The notes beneath the pieces are model-generated. The model did not search any database. It saw only the letters and a list, made by a program, of their open reading frames with translations, and was not told where the DNA came from. From assembly GCA_015680685.1 (NCBI GenBank), contig MNCI01001846.1:292902-356901 (forward strand): a DNA stretch of 64,000 bases, given 5' to 3'. Positions 13,298 through 28,199 of the stretch are shown here, piece by piece. Made by a program: the position numbers and the translations under genes. Each line of letters opens with the position of its first letter. Within the stretch, counting starts at the first letter, position 1. This DNA is from Gnetum montanum. Its lineage: Eukaryota; Plantae; Gnetophyta.

Positions 13298-14710
13298 TTG
13301 GCATCGTTGCTAGGGATGTATCTATTTGCTAGTTAGTTAATTTTTCAAAGCTCATTGTATCAAGAATCATCAAGTCCATGTTTTACACTTAAATAATTTT
13401 CTTAAAAGAATACATCCAAGCATCAAACACTTAACATGACTTCTACAACTAAGGAAAAATCTCCACCTACTATTGAATTGAATAAAAGTCATGACAAGGA
13501 TTATAATGAAGAAGAATGAAGTGCATAAATGCAAACCAAGATTTCCTATGCTCACACTGATCCTTACTATCCTAGCTTCATATTTTTTTTTCACCAAGAT
13601 GAACAACTTAGATGGAGAGATTTACACAACAACATGGTCTTGCCACTAGAACATTCAACATAATCAATGCTTCAAGCAACCCTTATGAGGTCAAAACTTG
13701 ACCATGTACAAGAAGCCTACCACATCACCAAACACATGACCAAGCCATACCAACCCACAGAGGCTCAGGCAAGAAAGGATGTTGTCATGAAGACAAGGCA
13801 TAAACATGACCAGGAAATGAAAGCACCTTAAATAATTTTCCTAGAAGAAAAAGAAGTTACGTTCCAAACTGAGAATTTTTATCAAACTCATGGGTCTCAT
13901 TCTCAAAGACCAATCATCTACATTAAATATCTTGTTAAGATTAAATTGCATTCAACTCTTGCAAAAACTCCTAGAAGAGATAACGAAGACTCTAGACTTA
14001 TGAAGAATTCAAGGTCTAAGACTTTGATTGAATCTAAAAGGGATGTATCAAGGAGTCACAAAAGGAGAATCAGCTGGCATCATTCTCCAACTCCTTCATC
14101 TTCTTCCTTTCATTCGTTTGGGAATTCTAGCAACAGAGAAAGATGACTAAGGGATCATAATGGAAAAACATGAAAAAACTATAAGAGATATGCATATCAG
14201 AGAAGGCATCTTGATAAAGTGGAAGATAACCATGATGAATAAAGAGAAAGGATTAAGCATGAAGAAAGAGAGTATCATGAGCATTGGAGGAGTCACTACT
14301 ATAATAGAGTTCACGAACCCCTAAACTATGAAGAACCCCTACTAGCCATTCAAAATATGATCAACATCAGGAAAGCTATGTGCATTCTTACTAGTCATGT
14401 AAGAGATAGTCACATCAAGCGACTAGACATGAATAACATTCAAAAATTTGAAGGTGGATATAATACTGATTCACAACACCATATCTAAGCCTTTCACAAT
14501 GCTTGTTCCCTCAAAAACATGAAAAATAATTAGTAAAAATTGAAGTTATTTTCTAGAACACTCATAAAGGAAGCAGAAAGCATGTACAAATCCTTACAAC
14601 TAGAATCCATTTGAAGATGGAATACTATGCTAGAGCTCTTCAATGACAAGTACCAAACTTATTCTAGAGTGTCCAATGTGAGAAAATAGATCTAAGGATG
14701 GAAGCAAGGA

Positions 14711-17700
14711 TGATGAGCAGTGAGTAGTCCCTACGTCCAACCATAAGAATCACAAGCATTGCACTAGTGATCTTATCAAATTCTATGGACTTTAGCTACT
14801 AACAATAGGTAAGGTAGCAACTTAAAGATGTGATCGTTGTCTTCTTGGCTTCGCTTGTGTAAGTGCAAGAGTATGGTTAAGTGTAAGCCAAGGCATATGA
14901 TTTTCATTTATATTTTTATATGTCATTTGATTTAGTCTAAGTGTTAAACATGGTAATTAATTGTGAATTAACTAATTAAATATCTAATGTGGTTCTAGTA
15001 GAGTAGCATGTCCCTTGGTTGAAATTTTACCTTTTGAATCTTAAGGTCATGACATTGTTTGTTATGTGCCTTGTGCATTTCATTTGATGATAGGGCCACT
15101 AATCTATTCTACTCTAGCATGTTGACATTCATCAGTCTTTTTCTTTGGGCTATAATTAAGTCCAAGTTAAGATCATAGGCTATTAAAAGTGTACGAAGCT
15201 TAAATTAGATGGAAAGTGTTGGAAGTTTTCCGTACATGAGCTCATAGGGAGAATACCCAATAGGAAGTTTCCACATTGAACGACAACCCCAAAGAGCATC
15301 ATTAAATTTGTTGCTTTAGTCCTTCTTATATTTACTAACTATTCATGTTAGTATTTTGGTAATTTCTCGATTAGTAACCTTAGCTTGACCATTAGCTTGG
15401 GGGTTTAAGAGTCATTAGTTTATTTTCAACCCCCAAGTGTTGCATAATCTTTCGAAAAGTGACGCTTGTAAAGTGCATTCCATTGTCAAAAATTACTACT
15501 CTTGGCACACCACCTATTGACAACATTCTATTGTACAAACTATGTGACCATAGAGGATGAACAGTTGGTGATGGTAGTGGCTTCAACCCATTTGGTACAA
15601 TAGTCAATAGCCATGAAGATGTAAGCCTTCCTATTTGACATAGGGTTGACGGACCCCCTAAAATCAATCCCCCAAAGATCAAAAGGTTCTAATGATTGGA
15701 TCCACTATTGTGACCCCTCAATGCATGTGGTTATTTCTCCATCATGTTAACACTAGGCATAGGAACGAAAGAAGTGATGGGCATCTTGGAAGATCGTGAG
15801 CCAATAATATCCTACTGTGAGGATCTTAATGGTCGACCTCCTCCTAGTATAATGACCCCTACAAGACCCCTCATGTGCATCCTAAAGGATTCAAACCTGA
15901 TCTACATCAAGGACACACCATTGTACCAAGCCATTGGTGCAACTCTTGTAGAGGTTACCCTTGATTTGCATGAAGTGCTTGGCCTAATGAAGAAATTGTT
16001 ATTTCTTCCTATGGCCCCACTCTTGTGGCATCTCTTGCATGAGTAGATAGAAAAGGATGTTTTCATACTAGTTAATTTTTTTGAAAGTTTTAGAGTGAAC
16101 AACACCAGCAAAGAGAAGCTCATTAGGAAATTGATCTAGTAGTGGACTCTCATCCTCTTTGTTGTCCCATCTTAACCAAGACAAATGGCCAGCCATCACA
16201 TTCTCAATCCCCTTGTAGTTAATCATTGTTAAGTCAAACTACTAAAGGATCACCAACAATCCTATGCCACAGGGGCTCACCATTGGCTTGTTCATTAGGA
16301 ACTAGATGACACTGTGGTTAGTCTACACAAGGATTTTGTATCTAAGCACATAGTACTTGAATTTCTCCAATGCATACACCACTACCATGAGCTCCTTTTT
16401 AGTGGTGGTGTAGTTGAGTTATGCATCCACAATACTTCTATTTGCATAGTGGATGTAGTATGGATGTTTATGATCATCCAACTATGTAAGCATGATCCCC
16501 AAGGCATAATTGGATGCATCTATCATGATGTAGAATGGCCTAGATGAGTTTGGTGTTCGTAAAATTGGAGTTTCTACGAGTTTCAAATTCAACTATTGGA
16601 ATGCATATTCCTTGGTCCAAATAAATAGTGCATCTTTCTTTGTAAGTTTTACCAATGGCTTGGTGATCTTTGAGAAGTTTTTGATGAAGCACCTATAATA
16701 ACTAGTGTGGCCAAGGAATGACCTCATGTCCTTTACTATTTTGGGTTGTCTAGTTATTCCTTGGATGATCCTTATTTTGTTTGGGTCCATGTTGATCTCT
16801 TTGTTTGAGATTTAATGCCCCAAAACAATGCCCTCTTAGACCATCAGGTGGCTCTTCTACCAATTGAGCCTCAAGTTAGTTTCTACACATCATTAAAGAA
16901 CTTGCTCCAAGTGTTCCAAGGCTTACTTAAAGGTAGCCCTATAGGTAGAGAAGTCATCCATAAAAACCTCTACCCTACTACCAATTTGTTGTTGGAAGAT
17001 GCTACGGACATACTATTGGAATGTGGCAGGAGCATTGCACAAGCCAAAGGGCATATTTCTGTATGCAAAAGTCATCTAAGGACTTGTAAATATTATCTTG
17101 GCCTAGTCTTTAGGTATAATCTAAATTTGGTTAGAGCCACTATAATCATCTAGAAAGCTATAGTAACAATGCCCTACAATAGTATCTAGCACTTAGTCCA
17201 CAAATGGCAATGGGAAATGATCTTTGTAAGTTACCATATTTAACAACTTTAAATCTATACAAAGTCTACATTTTCCTCCTTTTTTAGGCAAAATAACAAG
17301 TAAGATAACCCACTCACTATCCACAATAAGATAAATGAACCTGACCTTGAGGAGTTATTCAATCTCCTCTTTGACAATTTACTTGAGTTTTGGGTTCAAG
17401 AATCTTTGCTATTGTCTCTTTGGTTTAATGGAAGAATCTATATAAATTCTATGATGGCTTGGATCAATTCCTATTAACTTGTGATATGACTAGGCAAAGG
17501 TTGTTGACCATTTGTTAATAACCTCCAACAATTTCTTTTTCTATACAGAAGCAAGTGTGGCATTAGCAATTATTGGCTTATCATTGTTTAGAAATGCATA
17601 CTCCATTCTTGCTAATAGAGCCTTTAATTCAAGGGACTCTTGCTTAAAAGTTTCAAAGATCTCCAACTCTTTTCAATAGATCTCATTTTTTACATTACAG

Positions 17701-20700
17701 AGTTGGTGATGAAGTTGCTCCAACTTATTCATGCTTTTCACATAGGAGCTAGTAAGGCCCTCAGCTGGTTCCATGCATATTGTTGATTCAACCTCATTTT
17801 TAGTTATCAATCACTAAGTGCCCTCTTGTTTAGTGACTACTGCATATAGCCACCTTTGAACCTCTGTAATATATGCACACTAACTACATGTTTAAAGTGA
17901 TGTGTCCTTGATGATCCATAGTTATTACATGCAGTCACACCTTGTCTCACTATACGCAATGCATAGAACTTTCTTCTTCTCAATTTTTCAAACTCATTTT
18001 TCTTAAAAATTTTCAAGGAAAGGTCTTTGATCCCCAACCTGACATCTATGGGGCTCAACCATGTTCTTTTCATTATGATAGGGAAGTCCCCTTTGCTATT
18101 TTCCACATAGATTACTAGAAAATTAGCAAGATATGACCACCCACAAATGGTGATCACGATGTTTTCCAAAAATTCCAAAAGAATAGTGATAGATTGGTCT
18201 ACCAACTCTAGCATGATATTACTCTTTTTTAAGGGGGACAAGGTCCAGGCTTTGTACATTTCTTGCGAAATCAAGTTAACTCTAGAACTTGACTCTAAAA
18301 GAACCTTACACAACTCATTTCCAACAATCTATAAGTAGATAAGAGGATTCCCATGATCAAATATCTTCTTGGAAATATGGTGAACCTTAATCCAATCTAT
18401 GACCACATGGATCAACATGACAACATGCAACTAGGGATCACTTTAGTTTAAAGGTTGCTTGATAGAAATTCTAGAGGTGGAAGTAGCAGGGTTAACAACC
18501 ACAGGTGTTTGTGAGGGCTTTGTAGGACTATTGGTTCTAAAGAATGGTCTTTTTCAAGGCTTGGATTCAAAACCACTTGATAGAGGAGATGATTGTAAGT
18601 TTACTACCCCAATAGCATTCCTCTACTATGAGTAAGTAGGTATCTCACCCTACATGGATGGAGCAAGTGGTAGAGGAGTTGAAGATGATGGTGTAAGAGT
18701 GGAATAGCATTGAAGAGGATAGTAGGAAAATGGGGACTCCCCCTTGGTGATGGTGCTCTATAGTATTCAAGAGGATAATAGTGATGTGAAAAGAAAGTGT
18801 GACTACTACCTTGGAGGTGGCATATCCCATGACTATGGGTGTTACTGGGATTGTTCTTGAGGTTGAGGTGGCACTCCACTTAGATAATATGCTTGTTGGT
18901 GGAACTACTGTAGATAGTTGCCTTGGGGATAAGGAAATCGCCTAGGTGCTTGCCATTTTACTAGTCTAGGATTTAGGGGATACACCCTAGATTCTTATAG
19001 GTGTGACAAGACAGAGCAACATTACTTAGGATGTTCACATTGGCATATGTCATAACCGTCATCATCAATTTCTAAATCTATAACATCCTATACTACTACA
19101 GCTTTACCTTTATCTTTACGATATTCTCATTCAACATCCTTTTTCTTCCTTTGCTCATGACCACTACCTCCTTGATCTCTACTTTTCTCTACAATCTTTA
19201 TAGTAGTTTGAAATTTCTCATCCAAGAAGTCCCATATCCTATCAACCTTAGTTAACATTTCAGTAACAAACTTTTGAATTAGCAAGGTTTTCCTTTACAC
19301 CACTTCATCAAGTGGTGTATCTTCCTCAGTCTCACAAAAATGAACCTCCCTCTTGTGGATGGAGGGGTCTCTATTATATTCTTTTGTACTTTCTCACTTT
19401 TTCAACTGTCCTTCCTCTTTGGCCACTTGCTTAATGAGCCTTTAAATCTAATGAACCCTTAGCTTAGAAAGTCTCTATTCAGCATAGACCCCAAGGGTTC
19501 TCCTTGTTTGAGTCTTGAGCCCATTTATGAGATGGCGTAGTTGATCCCTTTGAGAGTATCTAAGGACTCATGATTGTCTTGTTTTTACCCTTGGATTTTC
19601 CTCCTTAGATTAGATACTCTAAGGTACATTTGGTACTTATCTTTGAACAGCACCTACATCGTACTCCATTGTCAAATAGATTCTAGTTCCAAGGATCGGT
19701 ACCAACTTTCTACCTCCTTTATAAGTGTCCTTGTGAACAATTTTAGCTTTTGCCATTCATTTTCTACATTCTGCAAGGCACAAGCATCATGGAAGGCTTG
19801 CAAAAGATTATGTCACTCTAAATTATATCCCCTTTCAAACTTAGGGTTCTGTTCATGTGTAGCCACTTAATGCAACTATCCTTCAAATGTCTAGTGGGAA
19901 TTCTGATAGCTTTTAAAATATTCAACTTGTTTCTAGTAGCTAGTAGGGACTCATCATAGTCATGATGATTTCTATAACCCCTATCATGGCTATGATGCCT
20001 ATGATGAGTCCTGTTGTGCCTTTGTTCTCTATGATGATCTTCCCCATGTTGCTCATGCCCACAATCCCTGTTGTCTTAGCAGGATCTATGATCATCCCTA
20101 TCTTGACATTCATCTTCATCATGATTTCTGTTACCTTTGCTTCTCCTATTAGAGTTGGAGGAGGAAGACGATGAGGATGATGATGAAGGTGAAGAGGGAG
20201 GAGAACCAACACCAGAAATGATGCCTAATAGCCCCTCTTCTTTGATCCCTACCCTGATCATCATGTTTGTCTTTCTCCTAGTGCTTGTCATTGTTCCTAC
20301 CATGGTTACCATCTTTCAAGGCCCCTTGATCTTAATACCCATTCTTCTTATTACTAGGGTTATCCACAGTTGACTACAACCACTAGTTAAGGGTATTCTT
20401 CTCAAAGAGAGGAGGAGAGTTTGTGTATTGTTAGGCACCTAAAATGAAGTCGACATCTTCTTTGTGCATTTGTAGGAATAGGTGGGTAGAAAAATTTTTA
20501 CCTTTTGAAGCCTCGTATCTAACTTCCATTTGCTGATCTTTCTTTTGTTATGCTTTTGTGGGATAATAAAACTAATAAGCATGGTTATGAACCTCGTACT
20601 CTGGATTGAGTCTAGTAATGCCCAACTTGATGATATTGTTTAACAAAATTGTTGGAAGAAATTAATTAGGAGGTAATATGATGTTGTCTTCCATGTCCCT

Positions 20701-21821
20701 CCATCACAATTGCTCGTCCTGATGTAGGATGAAGGTGAAATCCACAGTGTAGGCATCTGGATGATGTCTTTATGCCTTCTTGCCTTTGAATAAATCCACT
20801 TACAAATGGTGATGGAGAATCCTCCCTGTGAAAAGAAGCCATATTAGTGATTTCTCAAAACTAGTGTGCGTTTAGTAATATTATGTTTTTTCTAATGATT
20901 TTGCTTTAAGTTTTCTTTTACAATGTTCTTAGGAAATTTCATGATCTTTCCTATGTAGCACACTTAGCTAACTAATGTCCCTAGCAACAGTGCTAATGAT
21001 GAGTAGCGAGTAGTCCCTACATCCAACCATACAAATCATAAGCATTGCACTAGTGATCAAGTCAAATTTTGTGGACTTTAGCTCCTAAATGCACAATAGG
21101 CAAGGTAGTGACTTAAAGACGTGATCATTATCTTCTTGGCTTCACTTGTGTAAGTGCAAGTGTATGGTTAAGTGTACATCAAGGCACATGATTTTTATTT
21201 ATATATTTATATTTTATTTTATTTTATTCTAAGTGTGGAACAAAGTAAATAATTGTGAATTAACTATCTAATGCTTTAATCTAATTATCCTAACATAAGC
21301 ATTCAAGTCCACCTTTCATGCACATCCTGAACTTGTTAGGAATGCTATTGGGTTATCAAGTATTAGGCTATTAGGTGAACTAAGTGATAACACTGCTAGG
21401 ATTATCATGTGTTAACAATATGTTTGAGGTGGTCATACTTATGTATATTTATTAACTGTATTAATTACCTATGGACATTATTGTAAAATTCATAAATAGT
21501 AAAGTGCATGAATGGAAATATTAAGCTTTCTTAAGTGCTGCAAGGAGTTCCAAGAATCTTGTCTTTATTGCTGGCACATCAAAGTGTTTAGGTTCATTAA
21601 TTTTTGAATAAGGATTTGTATAATTCTTGAAGTCCTACTATAGGAACTTAGAAAATATTCTAACTTTGATGGAAGAGAATTACAAGAACTTGGCTAATCT
21701 ATTGACTTAACATGCCATAAATGCAAGGGGTACATGCATTTATATAGGGAAAGATAGACACTATGTCGATGGGGCTATGTTGAGAAGGATGCATCAATGT
21801 AGCCCATTGAATGATTTATCA
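14711..21821 (-). mobile_element. Athila-type gypsy element B (gag-pol, degenerate) inserted in gag of A
   Basis: TSD AAGGA/AAGGG (14706-14710 / 21822-21826); removing B restores A gag GWKQG|IDKFFDATM. 5' LTR 20997-21821, PBS ~20978-20995, gag ATG 20842, protease LLESSSRVNLI, RT EVFMDDFS ~16950-16970, RNase H, integrase GVPRVVIFDNGMHF. The 3' LTR is kept only at 14711-~14989, followed by an internal deletion into integrase. Confidence 0.9.
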
Positions 21822-24800
21822 AAGGGATAGATAAATTCTTTGATGCAACAATGGACATGTACTATTCATTTTTTCATAGATGCCTTGGCCATAAATTTTC
21901 TCAAAGGAAATAACTCAGACATATCATCAATGGGTTGTAATATGCCCAAGGCATATTACATGAAATGATATCTCATCAAATTCAAAGACTCATTAACCAA
22001 GTGGTAAGAAAAGAAGAGCTAAGAAAAAAAATTCAATAGAAGAATACAACAGAGATCTAGAAATGAGAAAAGGGGATGTAAGAATATGTGAGTCACAAGA
22101 AGAAAAAACTTTGGAAGACATGATCCAATAAAAGACTCTACCAATTCAAAAATCGATTAATGACATTACAACAAAGGTAGAGAAAATGTGGGATTCAATA
22201 GATGAGAAATTTACTACAACACTAAAGATAATAGAGGAAAAGATTAAATAAGCCCTAAATAAAAGCAAATATAGAAAGAAAAGAAGAGATAATGAATAAG
22301 AAAATTACAGGAATAAAGGAAAAGTTGTAGTAGTAGAGGAAATAACAAGCTCCAATTTAAAAGATGACGAAGGATGTAAAGTGTGCTAGTGTAAACATCC
22401 TAAGTAATTTTGTTTGGTTATGGCCCACTTACGAGAGTTTGGGGCATATGTACCTAATCTAAAATTTTTCAAGAAACAAATACCTATATAGTTAACTTAT
22501 CAACAAGGTAATTTTTGAAAATCCTAGCAACAATCATACTATCCAAGTGGGGCTTATCCTTAACTGCAAGAACAATATCAGCAATAATCACAACAACCAC
22601 AAATGTGGGGAATTCCACTATCAAGGCAATAGTATCCATACATGTAACCAAATCCCTATGGATACTACATCCAATGTTTGATCTCTCCATGGAATACTTC
22701 TATTGAGACTTCATAACGCTACTATCCATTAGAGTATCATAGACTGGCTACCTCCCACATGGATCCAAACTCTTGCATACCCCAACCAGTAGCTATCTTT
22801 TCAATCCAATCTTTCAACAATTTACCACCGATACCACCACCAGTTATGCAAGAGGAACTGCCAACACAACCATATCAAAAGAGCACTACCATGATAGTCA
22901 CTACATAAGAGGTATGATAACAATTGAACTAAGAGCTAGGAAACATTCCTTCTTTAGGAAAAGTCTAGAAAAGGTTTGAAGAATGAAGAATTTACCTAAC
23001 TATGTCCCATCCACACAAATCCCTTAAGAAAATACTATGCTTCAAACATCCAAAGAGAAGAGCCTTAAAACTTTCATGCTTACGTAAGTAATAACCCATT
23101 AGATCAAAGCAGGAGCACTTCCTAAGAAAAGAACAAATCTTAGAAGTTCGTTAGTCTATCTTCAAATAGCAGGACATAAACAATGCAAGCCTCTATTGGA
23201 TTCTGGGTCAAGAGTAAATCTTATTTCACATGATATGTACAAAGCTTGGAATCTTCTCTCACTGAAGAAGAGTAAAATTTTATTAGAGCTTGTAGATCAG
23301 TCAATTGTTGTTCCACTTAAATAAGTGAAGGATGTAATCACTACCATGAGTGGTTAGTCTGATCCTACTAATTTCCTAGTTATACATGTGGGAAAGAACA
23401 AAGGGAGATTTCCCATAATCATGAAAAGAGCATGGCTTAGCATTATGGACATCAACCTTGGAATTAGAGACTTGTCCATGCAAATTTATGAGGATGAAGC
23501 TAGAGTTATCTAGAGATAGAGAATTCCATGTATCACATATAATAACAATGGGTGAAATTGTGAGGAGAAGATTTAGACCACAAAACACAAGAGTATTATA
23601 GCATGTAATAGATGTGTAGAATACATGTGTGTATAATAGTGTTTGTATGCAATAGTCACTAGACAAGAAAAAGAAGTAAAATCTAACATATGCTTGAAAC
23701 CTTTGGATAAAATTACAAGTGCCTATGTCGAAGAAATAGATAAGCTAGAATACTTAAGAAGATAACCTTCCTACATGAAATCATGATAAGCAAAGGACAT
23801 TGAATGGGGATATTTAGAGATAATAGAAAAGTACGAACTAGAACCTCTAGAACTAAAGGTCCTACTAGATGCACTAGAATATGCTTTTCTAAACAATAAA
23901 AAACCAACAATCATAAATGTCAATCTTGATAAAGAGCAAAGGAGAAAATTATTGGAAGTGGTGAATAAATTTTTGACTGCATCTACATGGTCCTATGATG
24001 GAATTACTAACATTGATCTATGCATCTATCAATACCAAATCTATATAGATCTAGCCATTAAACCACATCATCAACCTCAAAGAAGATTGAATCCCAAACT
24101 TAAAGAAATTATCAAACAAGAATTGGAGAAACTATTAAAAGCTGGGTTCATCTATCTCATAGTAGACATTAAATGGATTAGTCCATTAGTCATTATACCA
24201 AAGAAAGGTGGCAAGTGAAGGGTCTTCATTAAAGTTTGATTATTTGACATGGAAATATTCAACGATCATTTCCTTTTACCATTTGTTGACAAAGTCTTAA
24301 ATACCATTGCAAGACACTAGTACTATAGTTTCTTAGACAAATATAGGGGGTATAACCAAATCTGCATTGCACCAGAAGATTAGTAGAAGATCACATTTAC
24401 TAGTCCATGGGGAATATTTGCATACAACCAAATACCCTTTGGCTTGTGTAATGGTCCCACTACTTTTCATGACTTATGCTAAGTATCTTCCAAAATCATA
24501 TTGGCAATGAATTTGAAGTATTTGTGAATGATTTTTCTACATATAGGCTAGATTTCAAACAAGTGTTGGACCATTTAAAGTAAGTTTTGAAAAGATGTAT
24601 TGAAACTAATCTAAAGCTCAATTGGCAAAAGAGCCATTTAATGATTCAAGATGGCTCATTAAGGATTAGAGATAGATCTAGAAAATATCAAAGTCATTCA
24701 CAACATCACTTAATGATCATAAATAGTTAAAGATGTCAACTCATTTCTTGGCCATACAAGATATTATAGTAGATTTATTGGAAAATTTCAAAGTTTGCAA

Positions 24801-27800
24801 ACCTGCTAGTCGAACTAACAAAGAAAGATGCATCATTTCGGTGGACAAACAAAAGTGAGAAAGCATTTGAGACCCTAAAATAGAATTTCATCAAGAAACC
24901 AATCTTCTAAGCTCCGAATTGGTCCAAGCCTTTCTACATTATGGTAGATGTTTTAAAATATGCATTGAAAGCAATATTAACTCAACTTTACGATCAAAAA
25001 TGACCTTATTATATACACTGCACTAGCCAAAGCATCATCAGGGCACAAGTCAATTACACCACGACAGATAAGGACCTTATGGCTATGGTGTATGCACTTG
25101 AAAAATTCATACATGTGTTTGGGTACTCTATTTATGTCTATACTAATCATAGTGCTATTAGGTTTTTGATGACTAAACTAGCAATAAGTTCAAGAGTGAT
25201 AAGAGGGTTCACTATTTTGCAAGAATTTGACATTACAATGATTGATTGATGAGTGGCGGGTATCCCTACACTCAACGATACGAAATGAGTGTAGCATGCA
25301 CGATCCGGTCAAACTCCGCAGACTAAATGCCTAAACGTCGCAAGGAACACTTGGGGTTAATTAAGCATTGTCTTCCCAAACTTACTTGTTGTTGTCACGG
25401 TCTATGGTTAAGTAAGTTTGAGGTATATGATTTTTTTGGTCTTTTATGGCTTTTCTCCTATGCTATGAGGTAAAGGGTAGAGAGACTAAAACTAACTCTA
25501 ACTACAACACTAAGTCCTAGCGTCAGCATCCGTTCCCACTTATCGTACACACCCTGAACTGTGCAACTGTGGCTACCAAATGCTAATCGTTACTGGGATT
25601 ACCACACGTAACGCACGTGCTCGAAGCGGTCGTACTAAGGCACTTAACTACTCTAAGTGTGATAAGCAGTCGTTCCTTGGCTAGCTGTACACATTCGTAG
25701 ATGCTCGTAACCAAGTCGTACTTATTCCACGATCTAGGAGGAAAGGGTAAGAAGGCCTAATCGCGATGAGTAGCTAATTCCTTGATTAGCTGTACACATT
25801 CGTCAATGCTCGTAATCAAGTCGTACTCATGCCATGCTAACAACATGTAATAAATAACAATAAATAAAATCTATCCATGCACTACAAGGTATATCCACAA
25901 AGCTCATCTTTATTGCCGTACACAACTTGCGTTCAGGTACAAAGCTGCTTGAATAAAGATTCGTTCACTTGGGGACTCCTACTGCAGGCACATGGAAAAT
26001 TATTCTATCTCTGGAGTGATCAATCTGCCAGAGCTTCGCTACTTTATGCCTATTATTCTCAATAAGGGGAGTGACGCCTCTTATTTATAGATATGGCGGC
26101 TGATCGCGATATCGCGTCGGCTGTGATATCGCGTACACAATATCACGGCTCATGCGATATCCCATCCCATCATACCCCCATGACTAAATGAAAACTCGTC
26201 CTTGAGTTCATTACAATGATATCGAGTAGGTATGGAATTATTGAGGGAATGGAACTAATGGGATGACATGTGAACAGATCATTATTACAAGACTTGACAC
26301 AAACTGGTGTTCATGACAACAAGGGTGAACACCTTATTACATTGACATCAGGCCACATTTGGTAGCTGAGAGAAAAGAGGAGAGAGAAGAGAAGAGAAGA
26401 AGAGAGAAGAGTCTTGCTGCTGCCAACACCTAGATTGTGCTTTTCGTTGTCCATCCGTAAGTGCATCATCAATCCTACTCCTTACATAACTACTTTCAAC
26501 ACTGTTCCATTCCAAGTGCTTTCTCCAAATCCGGTCTGTTGTTGTATGATTGCCATCTGCACACACAACACAGTCATGTATTAGCAAGGATAAATGAATT
26601 TCAATGTAGTTATACCTTGCTTCGGTGTAAGTCCTTTGGCTGGGTTGTGGTATGGCTGATACGGATCTGGGATTGTATAGATGATGACTACCGAAGGTGT
26701 AGGGGTTAGGAAGAGAAATGAAAAAATTCGGGGCTTAGGAGAAAAATCAAAAAATCAGGCCCTGTACCCCCATGACTAATCGCGAACCTCTGGTAGCGAA
26801 AGAATGGAGAAAGAAAAGGAGTAGGGAAGAGAGATAAAGCTAGATAACTAGGACATCGATAAAAGAGATGTCAAGATGGAAATGAACAAAAGAAAATTAA
26901 TTGCAAAATGTTAAGGAAAAGAAGTTAACAAATGCACCAAATAGGAGTGTCAGTGGGTCCTCCCCAAGTAGGTTCATGCCCTTAGTGCCCTGACAATCCC
27001 ACATTCAAAGAGTCTGTAGGCTCTGGGAATGTCCTTTGGAACAAGAGTTAAAGTCTTAACCATAAGAATTTACCAAAAAGAAAACAATGTATCTACAAAA
27101 ATATACACTAATGATACAATCGGCAATGAGGTGAACGGTGGAGAGAAGAGTGGAGAGAAGAGGATGGAATGGAATCCCAAGGACAAGGTGGTGTATAGCC
27201 CCTTGTGTATTACATGGTTAATGTGACTTGGCAAATCTCATTCCAACTCTGGCCTCAAACCAACCACATCCAGTGACTTCGCATTAATACATTTGGCCAA
27301 ACCATCCACTTGGAGTAACAAGGATGCATCTCCAAAAGCCACCACCATTCTGACGAAACAAAGGAGAGAATGGGAAGCGAGAAGGGCCGTAGTTAGAGGG
27401 AACACTTTGGTTCCATAACCAGTGCTTGCAGCCCAAAGTTATTTCATCTAAGGGGTGTGCTTTGAATCCTCACTTTGGCTTTTTTTTTTGTGTTTTGTGT
27501 TTTTATGCATGGGGACCACACCATGCAAAGACTTCTTATTTTTATTGTCTCAACTTCCGAAGAATGGGTAACATCGGAACGGTAAGAAAACTTAAGAAGA
27601 AAAAATCCAAGCACCCAAGTGAACAGCCAACACAACTGCATCAAGTTCCCTTGAAGTCACACCCTTTTCAAACCTTGAGTCCTTCCTTAGTTTGATAAGT
27701 ACTCAGTCACCGATTCGTTAAAGTTTTTATGAAAAAGGGAACTGCACATTTCCAACCCAAGAGAAACCATAGACTTTGATGGATGAATGGATGAAGTGGA

Positions 27801-28199
27801 CTCATTGCTTGCCATATCAAAAGAACATACCTTAGTGTCAACATTGTAACTTAAAGGTAAAAACCAAACATTAGCAATCAATGAAAAATAGTTCATTCCA
27901 TTGGACCAAACACTTATTGGTTGACGAACTTACATGGTGGATGTCACACATACACATACACGCAACAAAATGAAAAAGTATAACGATGATGTGAAACAAA
28001 AATAAGAAAAGTTAAAGAAATTTGTAAAACAAAAACAGAAAAAGTTAAAGAAATTTGTAAAACAAAAACGTGTAAGATAAAAATGTGTAAAAAAAAAACT
28101 TAAAAAGGAACTAAGGGCCCCATATGGTTAGCATAGGTGGCCATCTCCCCCATGACTAAGTTGTAAGGGAGACCAAAATACGGAGCGCCTGTTTGAATT

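Noticed and set aside
19940-20373. Hydrophobic Met/Ile-rich ORFs resembling membrane proteins
   Set aside because: Alternative-frame or antisense readings of the low-complexity His/Asp/Arg tract in element B gag.
26348-26709. Short ORFs in the 3' region of element C as an ORF2 remnant or captured gene
   Set aside because: No visible similarity to D ORF2 or to any protein I recognise.
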